The translations under genes and the position numbers were made by a program. Positions 19,969 to 29,911 of a stretch of DNA of 64,000 bases are shown here, piece by piece. Below the pieces are notes generated by a model. It searched no databases. It was not told the origin of the DNA and saw only the letters and a program-made list of their open reading frames with translations. The stretch is from the NCBI GenBank assembly GCA_965224245.1, contig OZ245046.1, positions 5,824,001 through 5,888,000 on the forward strand, in the 5' to 3' direction. How positions within the stretch are numbered: the stretch's first letter is position 1; each line of letters begins with the position of its first letter. The stretch comes from Candidatus Eiseniibacteriota bacterium. GTDB lineage: Bacteria > Eisenbacteria > RBG-16-71-46 > CAZAMP01.

Positions 19969-20415
19969 CTACACGTATGCGATTGCGTACGACATCGCGA
20001 ACACGACCAGCGTGAGCACCGCGCCACCGATGAGCACGTTCCCGGGACCCCGTCGCGGCGCGTGTCCATCGCCGGCGTAGACGGCGGGCGTCGCGATCAG
20101 GATCCCGAACGCGACGATCGTGCCCGCGATCTTGCTAATCAGCAGGGGACCGTACGGCGTCATCGGGATCAGCATCACCGACACCAGCGTCGAGCGCAGG
20201 TGGAGCGCGCCGAAGACCGCCGCGGCCAGTAGACCGATCATGGCCACCAGGCGCAGGCGGGCCTCCAGCCGGAACGCGGCGTGGATCGCCTCGGCGGTGT
20301 CGACCGGCAGCGGGCGCCACACGATCAGCGCGAGATGAAGCTGACTGCCGACGACGACGGCGCCCGCGAGCGCGTGGAGCAGCTGGATCAGCTGCGGAAC
20401 GGACGGCAGGAACAC
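19969..20415 (-). CDS. Four-TM membrane protein (CopD/DUF4149-like)
   Basis: LLHALAGAVVVG, YG.LL..K pattern; hydrophobic helices. Confidence 0.5.
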   Translation of the reverse strand: MFLPSVPQLIQLLHALAGAVVVGSQLHLALIVWRPLPVDTAEAIHAAFRLEARLRLVAMIGLLAAAVFGALHLRSTLVSVMLIPMTPYGPLLISKIAGTIVAFGILIATPAVYAGDGHAPRRGPGNVLIGGAVLTLVVFAMSYAIAYV

Positions 20416-20572
20416 GAAGACCCCTCGGCAATCGGCCGCGCAGCGAGACGGAGGACCCGAATCGAGCGGGTCAGTCTAGGAGAAGTCCCGTGCTTGCGCC
20501 AGCGCGACGCACGGGCCAAGATCGATCCCCCTGCCGGGCTGCACCCCCGACACACGTCTCGGATGAAGGTCA

Positions 20573-21088
20573 ATGCGTCGAACACTCCGGCCTCGATCGA
20601 TCCTCGCCACGCTCCTGGCCGCCGCCGTCGTGGTGATCGTGGCAGAAGTGCTCCTGATCGATCACGTGCGCGTGGCCTCGGGCTCGATGCGCGAGGCGCT
20701 GCTGGTGGGCGACCGAGTCGTGGCGAATACGCTCGTGTTCGGCAGCCGGGTGCCCGGGCTGGGACGGCTGCCGGCGCTCCGATCGCCCCGGCCCGGGGAC
20801 GTGCTGCTGTTTCGCCACCCCGACGAGCCGCACCGCCGGTTCGTGAAGCGATGCGCGGCGGTCGCCGGCGACTGGGTCGAGACGGACGGGCGCCGGGTCG
20901 AGGTGCCGCCGGGCATGCTCTACGTGCTGGGTGACCATCCGGAGTCCTCGTGGGACTCGAGGGACTGGGGCTTCCTGGACCTCGGAAACGTGATCGGGAA
21001 GGTCGAACTCGTGTACTGGTCCCGCCGCCCGGACGCAGGGGCGTTTCGTGGCGCGCGGTGGGAGCGAATCGGTCACCGCGTCCGTTGA
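20573..21088 (+). CDS. lepB: Signal peptidase I
   Basis: SGSM (Ser), FVKR (Lys), GDH...SWDSR.WG boxes after one TM helix. Confidence 0.92.
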   Translation: MRRTLRPRSILATLLAAAVVVIVAEVLLIDHVRVASGSMREALLVGDRVVANTLVFGSRVPGLGRLPALRSPRPGDVLLFRHPDEPHRRFVKRCAAVAGDWVETDGRRVEVPPGMLYVLGDHPESSWDSRDWGFLDLGNVIGKVELVYWSRRPDAGAFRGARWERIGHRVR

Positions 21089-21134
21089 CGGCTCCGGCGA
21101 GGCGCACGCACCCGGGGAGGATCCGCGCCACGCG

Positions 21135-22541
21135 TCAGCGCGGGACGGTCGTGTCGGAGGGCGTGAGTCGGTCGAACAGCTCGGCGAGCTGGCGCGCCTG
21201 GCTGGGCCGGGAGTAGGCCGCCACGGCCTCGGGGCGCGCGCCGCGCAGCGTTCCCGCGACCCAGCGCTGGTGCAGATCGACCAGCGCCCTGCACATCGCA
21301 TCCACGTCGCCCGGAGCGACGACGGCGCCGGCGTCCAGCGACTCGATCAGACGCGTGGCCTCGCCCGCGGCCGCCAGGGCGAGGATCGGCTTGCCGAGTC
21401 CGAGATACTCGAAGAGCTTCCCGGTCAGGATCCCCGGCGCATGAGGCGTCTGATCGACGACGAGAAGCGCGACGTCGGCGGCGCGCAGCTCGGCGATCGC
21501 GGTCGCGTGGTCCACGTAGCCGACGCGGTCGACGGCGCCCGCCACGGTGCTTCGCGCGATGCGGTCGGCGATCGCGTCATCCACCCGGCCGATCAGGCGG
21601 ACCCGCGTGGCGGCGGCGGCGTGACCGTCGGCCGCGAGGCGCTCGAGGCCGTGGATCAACGTCTCGGGATCTCGGGGACCGTACAGCGTCCCCGAGTACA
21701 CGATCACCGGACCGTCCGCCGCTGGTAGCTCCCCGGGCGCCGGGCCGACTCGAGGGCTCGCGCCGCCCGGATCGGCCAGGTCGGCGGGATCGAACCCGTT
21801 CGGGATCCGGACGAATCGCTCGGACGTGATCGCCGGGTGCCGGGACCGGAGATCCTCGGCGACCCCGTCGGACACCGTGACCACCGCCGTGGCCTCGGCC
21901 AGGACGGCGCCCTCGAGGGTCAGATCCCACCGCCGCGAGAGGCCCGCGCGCGACGGCGCCGACAGCCAGTCCACCCACGAATCCCGGAAGTCGGCCACCC
22001 ACGGCAGACCGGTCCGCCGGTGCAACGTCAGCCCGATCACGTGTGCGGTGTAGGGCGGCGCGGTCGTGTAGATGATGGACGCCCGGGTCTCGCGGAGCAC
22101 GCGGCTGCCCGTGCGCACCGCGAACGGGTACCAGCCGATGCGCGCATCGGGCACGAAGACGGTGGCGCGGATCCACTCGGAGAGGCGTTCGCTCCACGAT
22201 GGATCGGATCGCGTCAGCGACGCCACGTCGAGCGATCCCCGCCGGCCGGTCAGTCGACGGTACACCGCGTACGGCTCGAGGATCCGGGCCTCGTGACGCA
22301 CGACCTCGGGGGGCACCTCGGCCTCGAGGAACGGATCGGTCACCGGGTAGTCCGGGTTGGCCGGAACGACCAGATGCGGCCGCCACCCGTGGGAGGGAAG
22401 ATAACGCGTGAACTTGAGCGTGCGCTGGACGCCCGCCCCTCCGGCCGGCGGATAGTAGTACGCGACCATCAGGACCGGGCGAAGCGACGTGGACTCCTTG
22501 TCGAGTGGCCGGGTCGGCCGTTGGCGCGGCGACGCTAGCAC
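21135..22541 (-). CDS. Glycosyltransferase family 4
   Basis: YYYPP.GGAGVQR, ADFRDSW, IPNGFD, TGKLFEYL; true start uncertain (22469-22541). Confidence 0.9.
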   Translation of the reverse strand: MLASPRQRPTRPLDKESTSLRPVLMVAYYYPPAGGAGVQRTLKFTRYLPSHGWRPHLVVPANPDYPVTDPFLEAEVPPEVVRHEARILEPYAVYRRLTGRRGSLDVASLTRSDPSWSERLSEWIRATVFVPDARIGWYPFAVRTGSRVLRETRASIIYTTAPPYTAHVIGLTLHRRTGLPWVADFRDSWVDWLSAPSRAGLSRRWDLTLEGAVLAEATAVVTVSDGVAEDLRSRHPAITSERFVRIPNGFDPADLADPGGASPRVGPAPGELPAADGPVIVYSGTLYGPRDPETLIHGLERLAADGHAAAATRVRLIGRVDDAIADRIARSTVAGAVDRVGYVDHATAIAELRAADVALLVVDQTPHAPGILTGKLFEYLGLGKPILALAAAGEATRLIESLDAGAVVAPGDVDAMCRALVDLHQRWVAGTLRGARPEAVAAYSRPSQARQLAELFDRLTPSDTTVPR

Positions 22542-22601
22542 GCGGTCGGAGGGCGCTCAACGGTGGCCTGCTCGACACCCCGGATCCGGTGTGCTAGCGT
22601 C
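22531..22601. promoter_or_regulatory. Back-to-back sigma-70-like promoters
   Basis: Identical inverted GTGCTAGCGTC (extended -10) at 22531-22541 and 22591-22601, each 17 bp from a -35-like hexamer (TTGAGC, TCGACA). Confidence 0.5.
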
Positions 22602-22621
22602 ACCCGCCGCGGGAGGACCTC

Positions 22622-23173
22622 ATGACCGACGACCGACCAGACGCCTCCGACGACGCTCCGGAGCCGACCCCGGAAGACGAGCGCTCCGACCGGTCCCCCG
22701 ACGTCGACGCCACCGGCGAGCCGGCCGGCACTCGGGCGGACGATCGCCGGAGCGATGCGGACGATCGCCGGAGCGATGCGGACGATCGCCGGAGCGATGC
22801 GGACGATCGCCGGAGCGATGCGGACGACGAGCCCAAGCTGCCCACGCACGTGGCCTGCGCACTCTGCTACATCCTCAGCTTCGCGTCCGGCATCGTCATG
22901 CTGATGCTCGAGCAGGAGGACCGGTCGGTCCGGTTTCACGCATTCCAGTCGATCCTGCTCGGCGCGGTGTGCCTCGTGCTGACGATCGGCGTGGTCGTGC
23001 TGGGGTGGATCCCGCCGCTCGGCTGGCTCCTGGGCGGCATCCTCCGCTGGATCGTGGGCTTTGCGTGGCTGTTCGTCAGCGTCTTCCTGATGCTGAAGGC
23101 GTACAGCGGCGAGGACTACCGCCTGCCGTACCTCGGGTCCCGCGCCAGCCGCCTGGCCAGCCCGCTGGACTGA
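22622..23173 (+). CDS. DUF4870-like membrane protein with acidic N-terminal extension
   Basis: ALCY, VRFHAFQSI, KAY.GE.YRLP..G motifs; GGAGGA RBS. Confidence 0.85.
   Translation: MTDDRPDASDDAPEPTPEDERSDRSPDVDATGEPAGTRADDRRSDADDRRSDADDRRSDADDRRSDADDEPKLPTHVACALCYILSFASGIVMLMLEQEDRSVRFHAFQSILLGAVCLVLTIGVVVLGWIPPLGWLLGGILRWIVGFAWLFVSVFLMLKAYSGEDYRLPYLGSRASRLASPLD
22736..22827 (+). repeat. Perfect 21-bp tandem repeat, 4 copies plus partial, in frame (ADDRRSD)
   Basis: GCGGACGATCGCCGGAGCGAT repeated. Confidence 0.95.
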
Positions 23174-23264
23174 CCCCCCGGGGTTCCCGATCGCTCATCG
23201 TCTTGGCTACTCTGGTCGATGCTCCCCGTAAACGTGAGACGTTCCAGCGTCGAGGAGGATCGAC

Positions 23265-23531
23265 ATGTCGAGAAGATGGTTGGGGCTCGTCGCGTGTGCC
23301 CTCGTCGTGGTCGCCGGGCTCGGGTACGACGTGGGGTCGCGTGTGGCCGAGGCGCAGCAGATGCGTCTCGAGCGGAGCGGCGTCGAGCCGGTCGGCATCA
23401 CCCAGGTCGGGCGCTACGTGTTCGTCGCGATGAGCAACGGTCAGGTGTATCGGGCCGATGGTGAGGCCACGACGCCCCTGTGGCAGTTCTGGGGTCAGCC
23501 GTTCGCGGATGCCCGACCCGGCTGGAAGTAG
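23265..23531 (+). CDS. Small secreted hypothetical protein (88 aa)
   Basis: GAGGAGG RBS, signal peptide ending AEA, protein-like composition. Confidence 0.7.
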   Translation: MSRRWLGLVACALVVVAGLGYDVGSRVAEAQQMRLERSGVEPVGITQVGRYVFVAMSNGQVYRADGEATTPLWQFWGQPFADARPGWK

Positions 23532-23636
23532 CCGCCGGGGAGTCGCGGGCACCGGGCGCCGCCGCGCGTGCGGCGCCGGCCGCCCGGTCGTCGAGCCGCG
23601 CCGGACAACGCGACAAAGCAACGGCGAGATCGCCGG

Positions 23637-23677
23637 ACAAAGCAACGGCGAGACCGGGAGGGCACCGGTCTCGCCGT
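23637..23677 (-). terminator. Intrinsic terminator-like hairpin
   Basis: Perfect 13-bp stem 23645-23657/23665-23677 followed on - strand by TGCTTTGT. Confidence 0.6.
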
Positions 23678-23786
23678 CAGGAGGCATCCTCCGCACGAAG
23701 TGCGTCGGTGTGGTTGCCTGCATATACCCGTCTCGTGGAGCCGGGTTCCAGAAAGTCGACGCCGCCGGTCCACCGGGTGGCGCGGG

Positions 23787-25211
23787 TCAGTCCAGATAGC
23801 CCAGCGAGCGCAGCAGCTCGCGATACGCCTCGTCGTCACCGGAGCTGACGGGGAGCGCATCCTCCGGCGATGCCTCGAGCCGGTAGGGAGGGGCGGTCAC
23901 GGCCGGGCGCCGGACGAACCCCGGCTCGAACAGCCCGGTCAGCACGTCGCCCTGGAGGTCCTCGCCGATCGGCTCGCCCATGGCGTAGAGCAGCGTGGGG
24001 ACGACGTCGTAGACGCTGCCGTCGACCTCGGCTCCCGGCGCCACGCCATAGCCCCACGCGGCCAGGATCCCCTCCAGCCGATGCCAGTGCGGGTTCGCGG
24101 CGTGGAGCCCGTCCCCGATGTGGAGCTTCTCCCCGGATTCGTTTTCCCCGTACCCGTGGTCGGACACGATCACGATCGTCGTGCTGTCGTCGGCCATCGC
24201 GATCAGCTCGGCGAGCGTGTCGTCCACGAACCGGAACGCGCGTTCGAAGTTCTCGCCGACGTACTGCGCGAAGTCGGGGGGCATGTTCTTGGGCGGGTCG
24301 GTCCAGCGCGTGGGCTCGCCGAAGCGCGCCCAGCGCGAGTAGCGCCAGCTGTCCCAGAAGTAATGCGCCATCACGTCGGGAAGCTCGAGGTAGAGCGTGA
24401 AGAAGTCCGGCCGTACCGACGGCACGAGCCGACGGGCCATGCGCACGAAGGTGAGGTCCTTGGCGTACACGTCGGCCACGGACGGACCGCGGTTGTCGAC
24501 GGTCCCCAGCGGACCCGACACGTCGACGCGCGTGGCCTCGGCGACCGATCCCCGGCTCAGGTCACGCCGCGTGACGATCTCCGACGCGATGCCGTCGTAG
24601 AGGGTCTCCGGGTAGGTTCGACGGTCGAGCTCGGGGACCTCGTGCGACGTCACCGGCATGCCGTGCTCGCTGAACGTGATCGGCCACGTGCGCTCGGAGA
24701 CGAGGAATCCATCGACCGGGGTGGCAGGCCACGTCGTCCACCAGCCGATCACCCCCACGGTCCGGTTCCGGGATGAGAGCATGTCCCACAGCCTCGGAGC
24801 GCGGACGAGGTTGCTCGTGACGGGGATGGGCTTGCCGTCCACCGGAACCGTGAAGCTCTGGATCCCGTGGACCTCCGGAGGCTGACCGGTCGAGACCGTG
24901 GCCCAGACGACGGGTGAGAAGATGGGCTCGATGGTCCGCAGCGTCCCGTGGGCGCCTTCGCGGAGCACGCGCTCCCAGGTGGGCAGTGCCCCGTCGGCGA
25001 TCAGGAGATCGATCACGGTCCAGTCCGCGCCGTCGACCGCCAGCAGCATCACGCGCGGGGCCGGCGGCACGGGCGGAGTGCGATCGCAGGATCCCAGCAG
25101 GGTCGAGAACGCCAGGGGCGCGAGCGTCGCGAGCGCGCGCCGGGCCGTGGCGCGTCGCCTCGCGCGCCGGCGCACGTCGGGGACGCTCGGTGACGGCAGC
25201 GTGAACGTCAT
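23787..25211 (-). CDS. Alkaline phosphatase superfamily (phosphodiesterase-like) lipoprotein
   Basis: LLGSC lipobox; LAVDGADW, SPVVWAT..TG, VSDHG, DVVPTLL, LRSLGYL. Confidence 0.87.
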   Translation of the reverse strand: MTFTLPSPSVPDVRRRARRRATARRALATLAPLAFSTLLGSCDRTPPVPPAPRVMLLAVDGADWTVIDLLIADGALPTWERVLREGAHGTLRTIEPIFSPVVWATVSTGQPPEVHGIQSFTVPVDGKPIPVTSNLVRAPRLWDMLSSRNRTVGVIGWWTTWPATPVDGFLVSERTWPITFSEHGMPVTSHEVPELDRRTYPETLYDGIASEIVTRRDLSRGSVAEATRVDVSGPLGTVDNRGPSVADVYAKDLTFVRMARRLVPSVRPDFFTLYLELPDVMAHYFWDSWRYSRWARFGEPTRWTDPPKNMPPDFAQYVGENFERAFRFVDDTLAELIAMADDSTTIVIVSDHGYGENESGEKLHIGDGLHAANPHWHRLEGILAAWGYGVAPGAEVDGSVYDVVPTLLYAMGEPIGEDLQGDVLTGLFEPGFVRRPAVTAPPYRLEASPEDALPVSSGDDEAYRELLRSLGYLD

Positions 25212-25425
25212 GCAGGGCGGTCCTCGATGAGTCGCTCAGGGGTCGGGTGGCCGTGTCAGCGTACGGGGACGATGCGGATCGGGTCAAATCCCCGGCGCCG
25301 CCCGACGGCGGGGCTCGTCGTTGGCGCGTGTCCGGGGGTTGGGTACACTCCGCCGGCCTCGACCAGCCTCACGCCGGGTCCCACCGGTTCACGGCGCGAC
25401 GAGTGGCACCGAAACGGAGTCGACC

Positions 25426-25980
25426 ATGATCCCGCAGAGGATGTTCCTGACCAAGGGCGTCGGCCGTCACAAGGAGAAGCTCCAGTCGTTCGAGCTGGCC
25501 CTTCGCGACGCCGGCATCGCCCACGTCAACCTCGTGCGCGTCTCCAGCATATTCCCGCCCGGCTGCAAGATCGTGCCCAGGGCGCGCAAGTCCGAGCTCG
25601 AGCCCGGCGAGATCGTGTTCGCGGTCATGAGCGAGGCTCAGACCGACGAGCGGAACCGACTCCTGGCCGCCAGTATCGGGCTGGCGCGGCCCAGCGATGC
25701 CGAGCGGCACGGCTACCTGTCCGAACACCACGCGTTCGGTCAGACCGAGCGCGTGGCCGGGGACTATGCCGAGGACCTCGCCGCGAGCATGCTCGCCTCC
25801 ACGCTCGGCATCGACTTCGATGCCGACGAGGGCTGGGATCACCGCAAGCAGGTCTTCCACATGGCCAACGAGATCGTGAAGACACGATCGGTCACGCAGT
25901 CGGCCGAGGGTCGCCACGGGGTCTGGACCACGGTGATCGCCGCCGCGATCTTCCTGCCGAAGCACCTCCGACACCACTGA
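25426..25980 (+). CDS. pdaD: Pyruvoyl-dependent arginine decarboxylase
   Basis: SFELALRDAGI, NLVRVSSIFPP (SS self-cleavage site), GYLSEHH. Confidence 0.93.
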   Translation: MIPQRMFLTKGVGRHKEKLQSFELALRDAGIAHVNLVRVSSIFPPGCKIVPRARKSELEPGEIVFAVMSEAQTDERNRLLAASIGLARPSDAERHGYLSEHHAFGQTERVAGDYAEDLAASMLASTLGIDFDADEGWDHRKQVFHMANEIVKTRSVTQSAEGRHGVWTTVIAAAIFLPKHLRHH

Positions 25981-26044
25981 GCCACGTACGCGAGCGACCC
26001 CGGAGAGGATCGCCCTCGGGCGCGGGCGTCGACGCCGGCAGCGG

Positions 26045-26767
26045 TCAGATCGACGCCACGCCGAGCGACACCACGTCGTCGACGGCGATCGGCTCCAGGG
26101 TCACGAACGGCTCGCCGTACGGTACCTGGATCAGCGAGCCGTAGTGTGCCGCCCGCAGCTCGACGCTGGCGTAGAAGTCCCGTCCGGTCGGGAACAGCTC
26201 TCCGCCCTGGTCGCGGCCGTCGAACTGGGTGCCGTAGGCGCGGATCGCATCCATCTTCTTTCCGAGGGTGTCCGTGACGTCCACGACGAAGCTGGGGTGG
26301 GAGTCGTGATCCCGGTACGCCGACGCGTAGAGCAGCTTCCGGGGCTTGTGCGGCTCGGCGTCCGACATCGCGAAGCGCCTGAGGCCGGCCAGGAACGCCG
26401 CGCTCCTGCCGAGCGCGGAGGCGGCGCCGTGATCGGGATGCCGGCCGGCGGGGTACGGGAGGATGATCGTCGCCGGCCGAAGCCGGCGGATGACCTCCGC
26501 CAGCGCCTCTCGCTGGGCGTCCACGTCGGCCAGGCCGGCATCGGGCAGTCCCAGGTTCTCCCGGTGGGTCAGGCCGAGGATCCCGGCCGCCTCGGCGGCC
26601 TCACGCGCCCGCTCGTCGACGCTCCCGCGCGAGGCCATCTCGCCGCGGGTCAGGTCACAGACGCCGACCCGGTACCCGCGCTCGGCCATGCGGGCCAGGG
26701 TGCCTCCGGCCAGAAGCTCCGCGTCGTCGGGATGGGGCATCACGGCCAGGAGGTCGATGGCTTCCAC
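26045..26767 (-). CDS. bshB1: Bacillithiol biosynthesis deacetylase (PIG-L family)
   Basis: PHPDDAE, DLTRGE..SRG, RHPDH, G..I...YGEPF; AAGGAG RBS. Confidence 0.85.
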   Translation of the reverse strand: MEAIDLLAVMPHPDDAELLAGGTLARMAERGYRVGVCDLTRGEMASRGSVDERAREAAEAAGILGLTHRENLGLPDAGLADVDAQREALAEVIRRLRPATIILPYPAGRHPDHGAASALGRSAAFLAGLRRFAMSDAEPHKPRKLLYASAYRDHDSHPSFVVDVTDTLGKKMDAIRAYGTQFDGRDQGGELFPTGRDFYASVELRAAHYGSLIQVPYGEPFVTLEPIAVDDVVSLGVASI

Positions 26768-27126
26768 GGGGGCGCTCCTTCACGGCGGCGGAACGGGGCG
26801 TGACGGGACGCCGGCGATGATATCCCGCCTCGGGGGGTGCGCCGACCGCGAAAACGCGCGATCATGCCCGCGCTTCGGTTCACCGATCCGAGCCTTCGGG
26901 CGCGTGGCCGACCCGCGAGGGCGTCGCGTCGCCAGAGTCCGCCGGAACCCCGATCGGGGCCACGGGTGGTAACGACACTCCGGATGCACGAGCGCACGAG
27001 GCGCGTTTGGCCGATGTAGCGAAGAGGGTTCTCCGTGCGGGAAGGCGGGTCGACGGCCGGCCGGACACCGCGTGGGGACGGGTCGCGCCGAGGGCGGCGT
27101 CGCGGCGGGCCGCCCCGCGGTGGGCC

Positions 27127-29040
27127 GTGCTGCGCCGCGTCGCGGCGTGCCTCGTGGCGTCGCTCCTGACGGTGGCGCCGGCACTCCTGCCGGACCGGGC
27201 CTCGGCGCAGGCGCTCTCCCGCCCCGACGGCGTCCTGGGGCCGCTCCACCCGGTGTACAACACGTCGTACGACGTGCTCCGGGCGCGCAAGACCTGGAAC
27301 CAGAGCTTCAAGCTGGATCATCGACTCGACTCGCTCCTCGTGAGCACGTCGATCACGTCCAAGATCGAGCGCAACGAGGACCTCTCGGATCTCGAGACGC
27401 GGGTGTCGAGGAGCCGGAGCACGCTCGACTACACGCTGTTCGGCGGGCTCCGGACCGGCGTGCTCCTCGACTTCGATCGAAACCGGCGCACCCAGACCAC
27501 CTCGAATCGCGAGGCCACGACCAACACGTATCAGCTCACCGCGGGGGTCACGCGCCGCGTCGCCGGGCTCCGCGTGGCCGCCAACGGCCGGGCCGGCTAC
27601 ACCGAGCAGGACGCGTCCACGTTCACCACCGGCTTCCGGACCGTTCGCGACGATACGCGCCAGACCGGCCCCGAGATAAACCTGGATCTCAGCGTCACCA
27701 GCGGCGCCGGCGCGACCCGCCGCCCGCTGATCTACGGGCTCGACGCCTCCAGCACCACGTTTCGCCAGACCACCGACAACACGAAGCTGGAATCCCAGTC
27801 CGACGGCACCGAGACCCGCACCGACACGTTCCAGAAGTCCGACAACGTCACGCGCAGCGTGTCGGCGAACGCGACCTGGCGGGGACTCTCCTGGGTCGAG
27901 TCCACGGTGCGCGTCTCGCGATCGACCGCCGACCTCGTGCGCCCCAACGCGACCCTCGGCTCGATCGAGAAGTTCGAGACCCGGGACGACAACGTGACGG
28001 TGGATCTCGAGCTGAAGCCCGTCGACGACCTCGCGATCAGCACGGCGTACAGCATCGCCGATTCCAGGTCGCGATCCGGCCAGGAGGTCCAGAACCGCGA
28101 CCAGTCCCAGGACTCGTTCATCCTCCAGGCCGCCTACCCGCTTCTCGGGTGGGACACGAGCGTGGACTTCACCAGCCGGAGCGACGTGCGCGAGTACTTC
28201 GGCGTGGAAGGCGGGAGCACCACGTCGCTGGAAGACGTGACCACCGACTTCGTGTCGTTGAAGGGCACGCTGCGGCGCCGGCTCTCGGACCGGATCACGC
28301 TCACCTACTCCGGTGAGCTGTCGCTCACCCAGGATTTCTACGAGAAGGGGCTCCTGGACAAGGACAAGCAGAACCGCGTCAACGACGTCAACTTCAGCTA
28401 CGAGCCGTTCGACGCGTTCTCCAGCAGCGTGCGACTCACCGAGGCCCGCACACGCACCGTGAACGTGCACCCCGACCGCTCGGCCAACACCAACACCGAG
28501 CAGCAGGTCTCGGTCGAGGCCACGTACTCGTACGACGCGCGCCGCTTCACCGCCACGCAGAAGATCACCGTCACCGCGAAGTCGCGCGAGTTCGACTTCG
28601 ACGACGCGGCGCAGAGCGATCTCACGCGGAACAGCCGTCTGAACACGACCGTCGCCGTGCCGATCTACGGGCGCGCGCGGGTGACGCTCGATCACCGGTA
28701 CAACTTTCGCAATAGCGGGCAGTACACCGACGAGGACGCCGACGGGATCCGCCTCTTCGCGCTCGAGCGCGAGGTCACCGAGCAGGAGCTGACGCTGGCC
28801 ACCGCGTACGCGCCGATCCGAGACCTGACGGTCTCGGGCGAGCAGCGCCTCCGCGTGAACCTGACCGAATCCCCCGACTCCCCGCCACGGCGTTCGACAC
28901 GCTATGATCTCGAGCTGAAGACCACGTTCAAGCGGCGGCTGATGAAGTCGATCGACACCAACCTCGACGTGACGCGGATCATCTCGACCCAGGAGGACTA
29001 CTACTGGAAGGTCCGGGCGAGCGTGAACCACGTGTTCTGA
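27127..29040 (+). CDS. Putative outer-membrane beta-barrel protein
   Basis: Signal peptide (ASA-Q), Thr/Ser/Tyr-rich amphipathic strands, C-terminal YYWKVRASVNHVF; start approximate. Confidence 0.7.
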   Translation: MLRRVAACLVASLLTVAPALLPDRASAQALSRPDGVLGPLHPVYNTSYDVLRARKTWNQSFKLDHRLDSLLVSTSITSKIERNEDLSDLETRVSRSRSTLDYTLFGGLRTGVLLDFDRNRRTQTTSNREATTNTYQLTAGVTRRVAGLRVAANGRAGYTEQDASTFTTGFRTVRDDTRQTGPEINLDLSVTSGAGATRRPLIYGLDASSTTFRQTTDNTKLESQSDGTETRTDTFQKSDNVTRSVSANATWRGLSWVESTVRVSRSTADLVRPNATLGSIEKFETRDDNVTVDLELKPVDDLAISTAYSIADSRSRSGQEVQNRDQSQDSFILQAAYPLLGWDTSVDFTSRSDVREYFGVEGGSTTSLEDVTTDFVSLKGTLRRRLSDRITLTYSGELSLTQDFYEKGLLDKDKQNRVNDVNFSYEPFDAFSSSVRLTEARTRTVNVHPDRSANTNTEQQVSVEATYSYDARRFTATQKITVTAKSREFDFDDAAQSDLTRNSRLNTTVAVPIYGRARVTLDHRYNFRNSGQYTDEDADGIRLFALEREVTEQELTLATAYAPIRDLTVSGEQRLRVNLTESPDSPPRRSTRYDLELKTTFKRRLMKSIDTNLDVTRIISTQEDYYWKVRASVNHVF

Positions 29041-29711
29041 TGGAGACCGACGTGACCCACCGGCATCCCGTCGACCGCGGCTCGATCCCGAGGGCGGCGT
29101 CCCGAGGCGCGGCGCCACCGGTGACGCGGCATCGCCTTCCGGCGCTCGCGGCGGCCGCCGTCCTGCTCGCGTTCGCCGGCTGCCCGTTCGACACCCGCGA
29201 GCCGGTGCCGCCGGTGGACGACTCCGAGATTCCCGAGGAGTGCCGGAGTCAGGACGTCCAGGATCCGGTCGAGCTGCTGCGGAGCTTCGAAACGGCGTTC
29301 GAGTGCACCGAGAACGGCGTCACGCTGTTCGCCGGCCTCCATGCCGACGACTTCGTCTTCACCTCTCCGTTTCCCGACGACGACACGTTCGTGAACGGCC
29401 AGCCCATCGATCAGATCTTCAGCCAGCGGCTCTCTCCGCTGGCGGGGCAGTCCGTCATCATGACGATCTCGGAGGCGAGCGGCAGCCAGGTCACCGAGGG
29501 CGACATAACACGCTTCATCAATGTGACTTACACGCTCAAGATCGAGCTCGGGTCGACCGAAGTGGATTTCGGGGGGATCACGACGATCACCGTGCGCGAC
29601 GACGGGACGACCCAGGTCATCACGTCCTGGGAGGACAACGAGGGCGCCTTCGGTCCCGAGACGATCGGTGCGTTCTGGCAGTTCGGAACCGCCGGCCGCG
29701 GCGGCGGGTAA
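29040..29711 (+). CDS. Hypothetical lipoprotein (NTF2/SnoaL-like fold suspected)
   Basis: LAFAGC lipobox; TGATG coupling to barrel gene; ADDFVF..ITSWED. Confidence 0.7.
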   Translation: METDVTHRHPVDRGSIPRAASRGAAPPVTRHRLPALAAAAVLLAFAGCPFDTREPVPPVDDSEIPEECRSQDVQDPVELLRSFETAFECTENGVTLFAGLHADDFVFTSPFPDDDTFVNGQPIDQIFSQRLSPLAGQSVIMTISEASGSQVTEGDITRFINVTYTLKIELGSTEVDFGGITTITVRDDGTTQVITSWEDNEGAFGPETIGAFWQFGTAGRGGG

Positions 29712-29911
29712 ACCTGGACGTGGATTCGGCGCATGTCGACCCGTCTGGACGGCGCCGACTTCGAAACGCCCCCTGGCCGGACCGGGTGGCGGCGCTGGGC
29801 TCGACGCTCGGTGGCGGCGCTCAGCCCGTCTGGACATTTTCGAGATGCTCCGCGTAGACTTGATCCAATCCCCGGAGCAACCCGTGACTCCCTCGACGAG
29901 GTCTCTCTGAC

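Noticed and set aside
25404-25420. TGGCAC upstream of pdaD as a sigma-54 promoter
   Set aside because: No GC at the -12 position and too close to the start codon
26740-29118. Long antisense or alternate-frame ORFs (also 8208-10118, 31573-34275, 39347-41833, 56660-59059)
   Set aside because: Expected in ~70% GC DNA opposite genuine genes; no recognisable motifs
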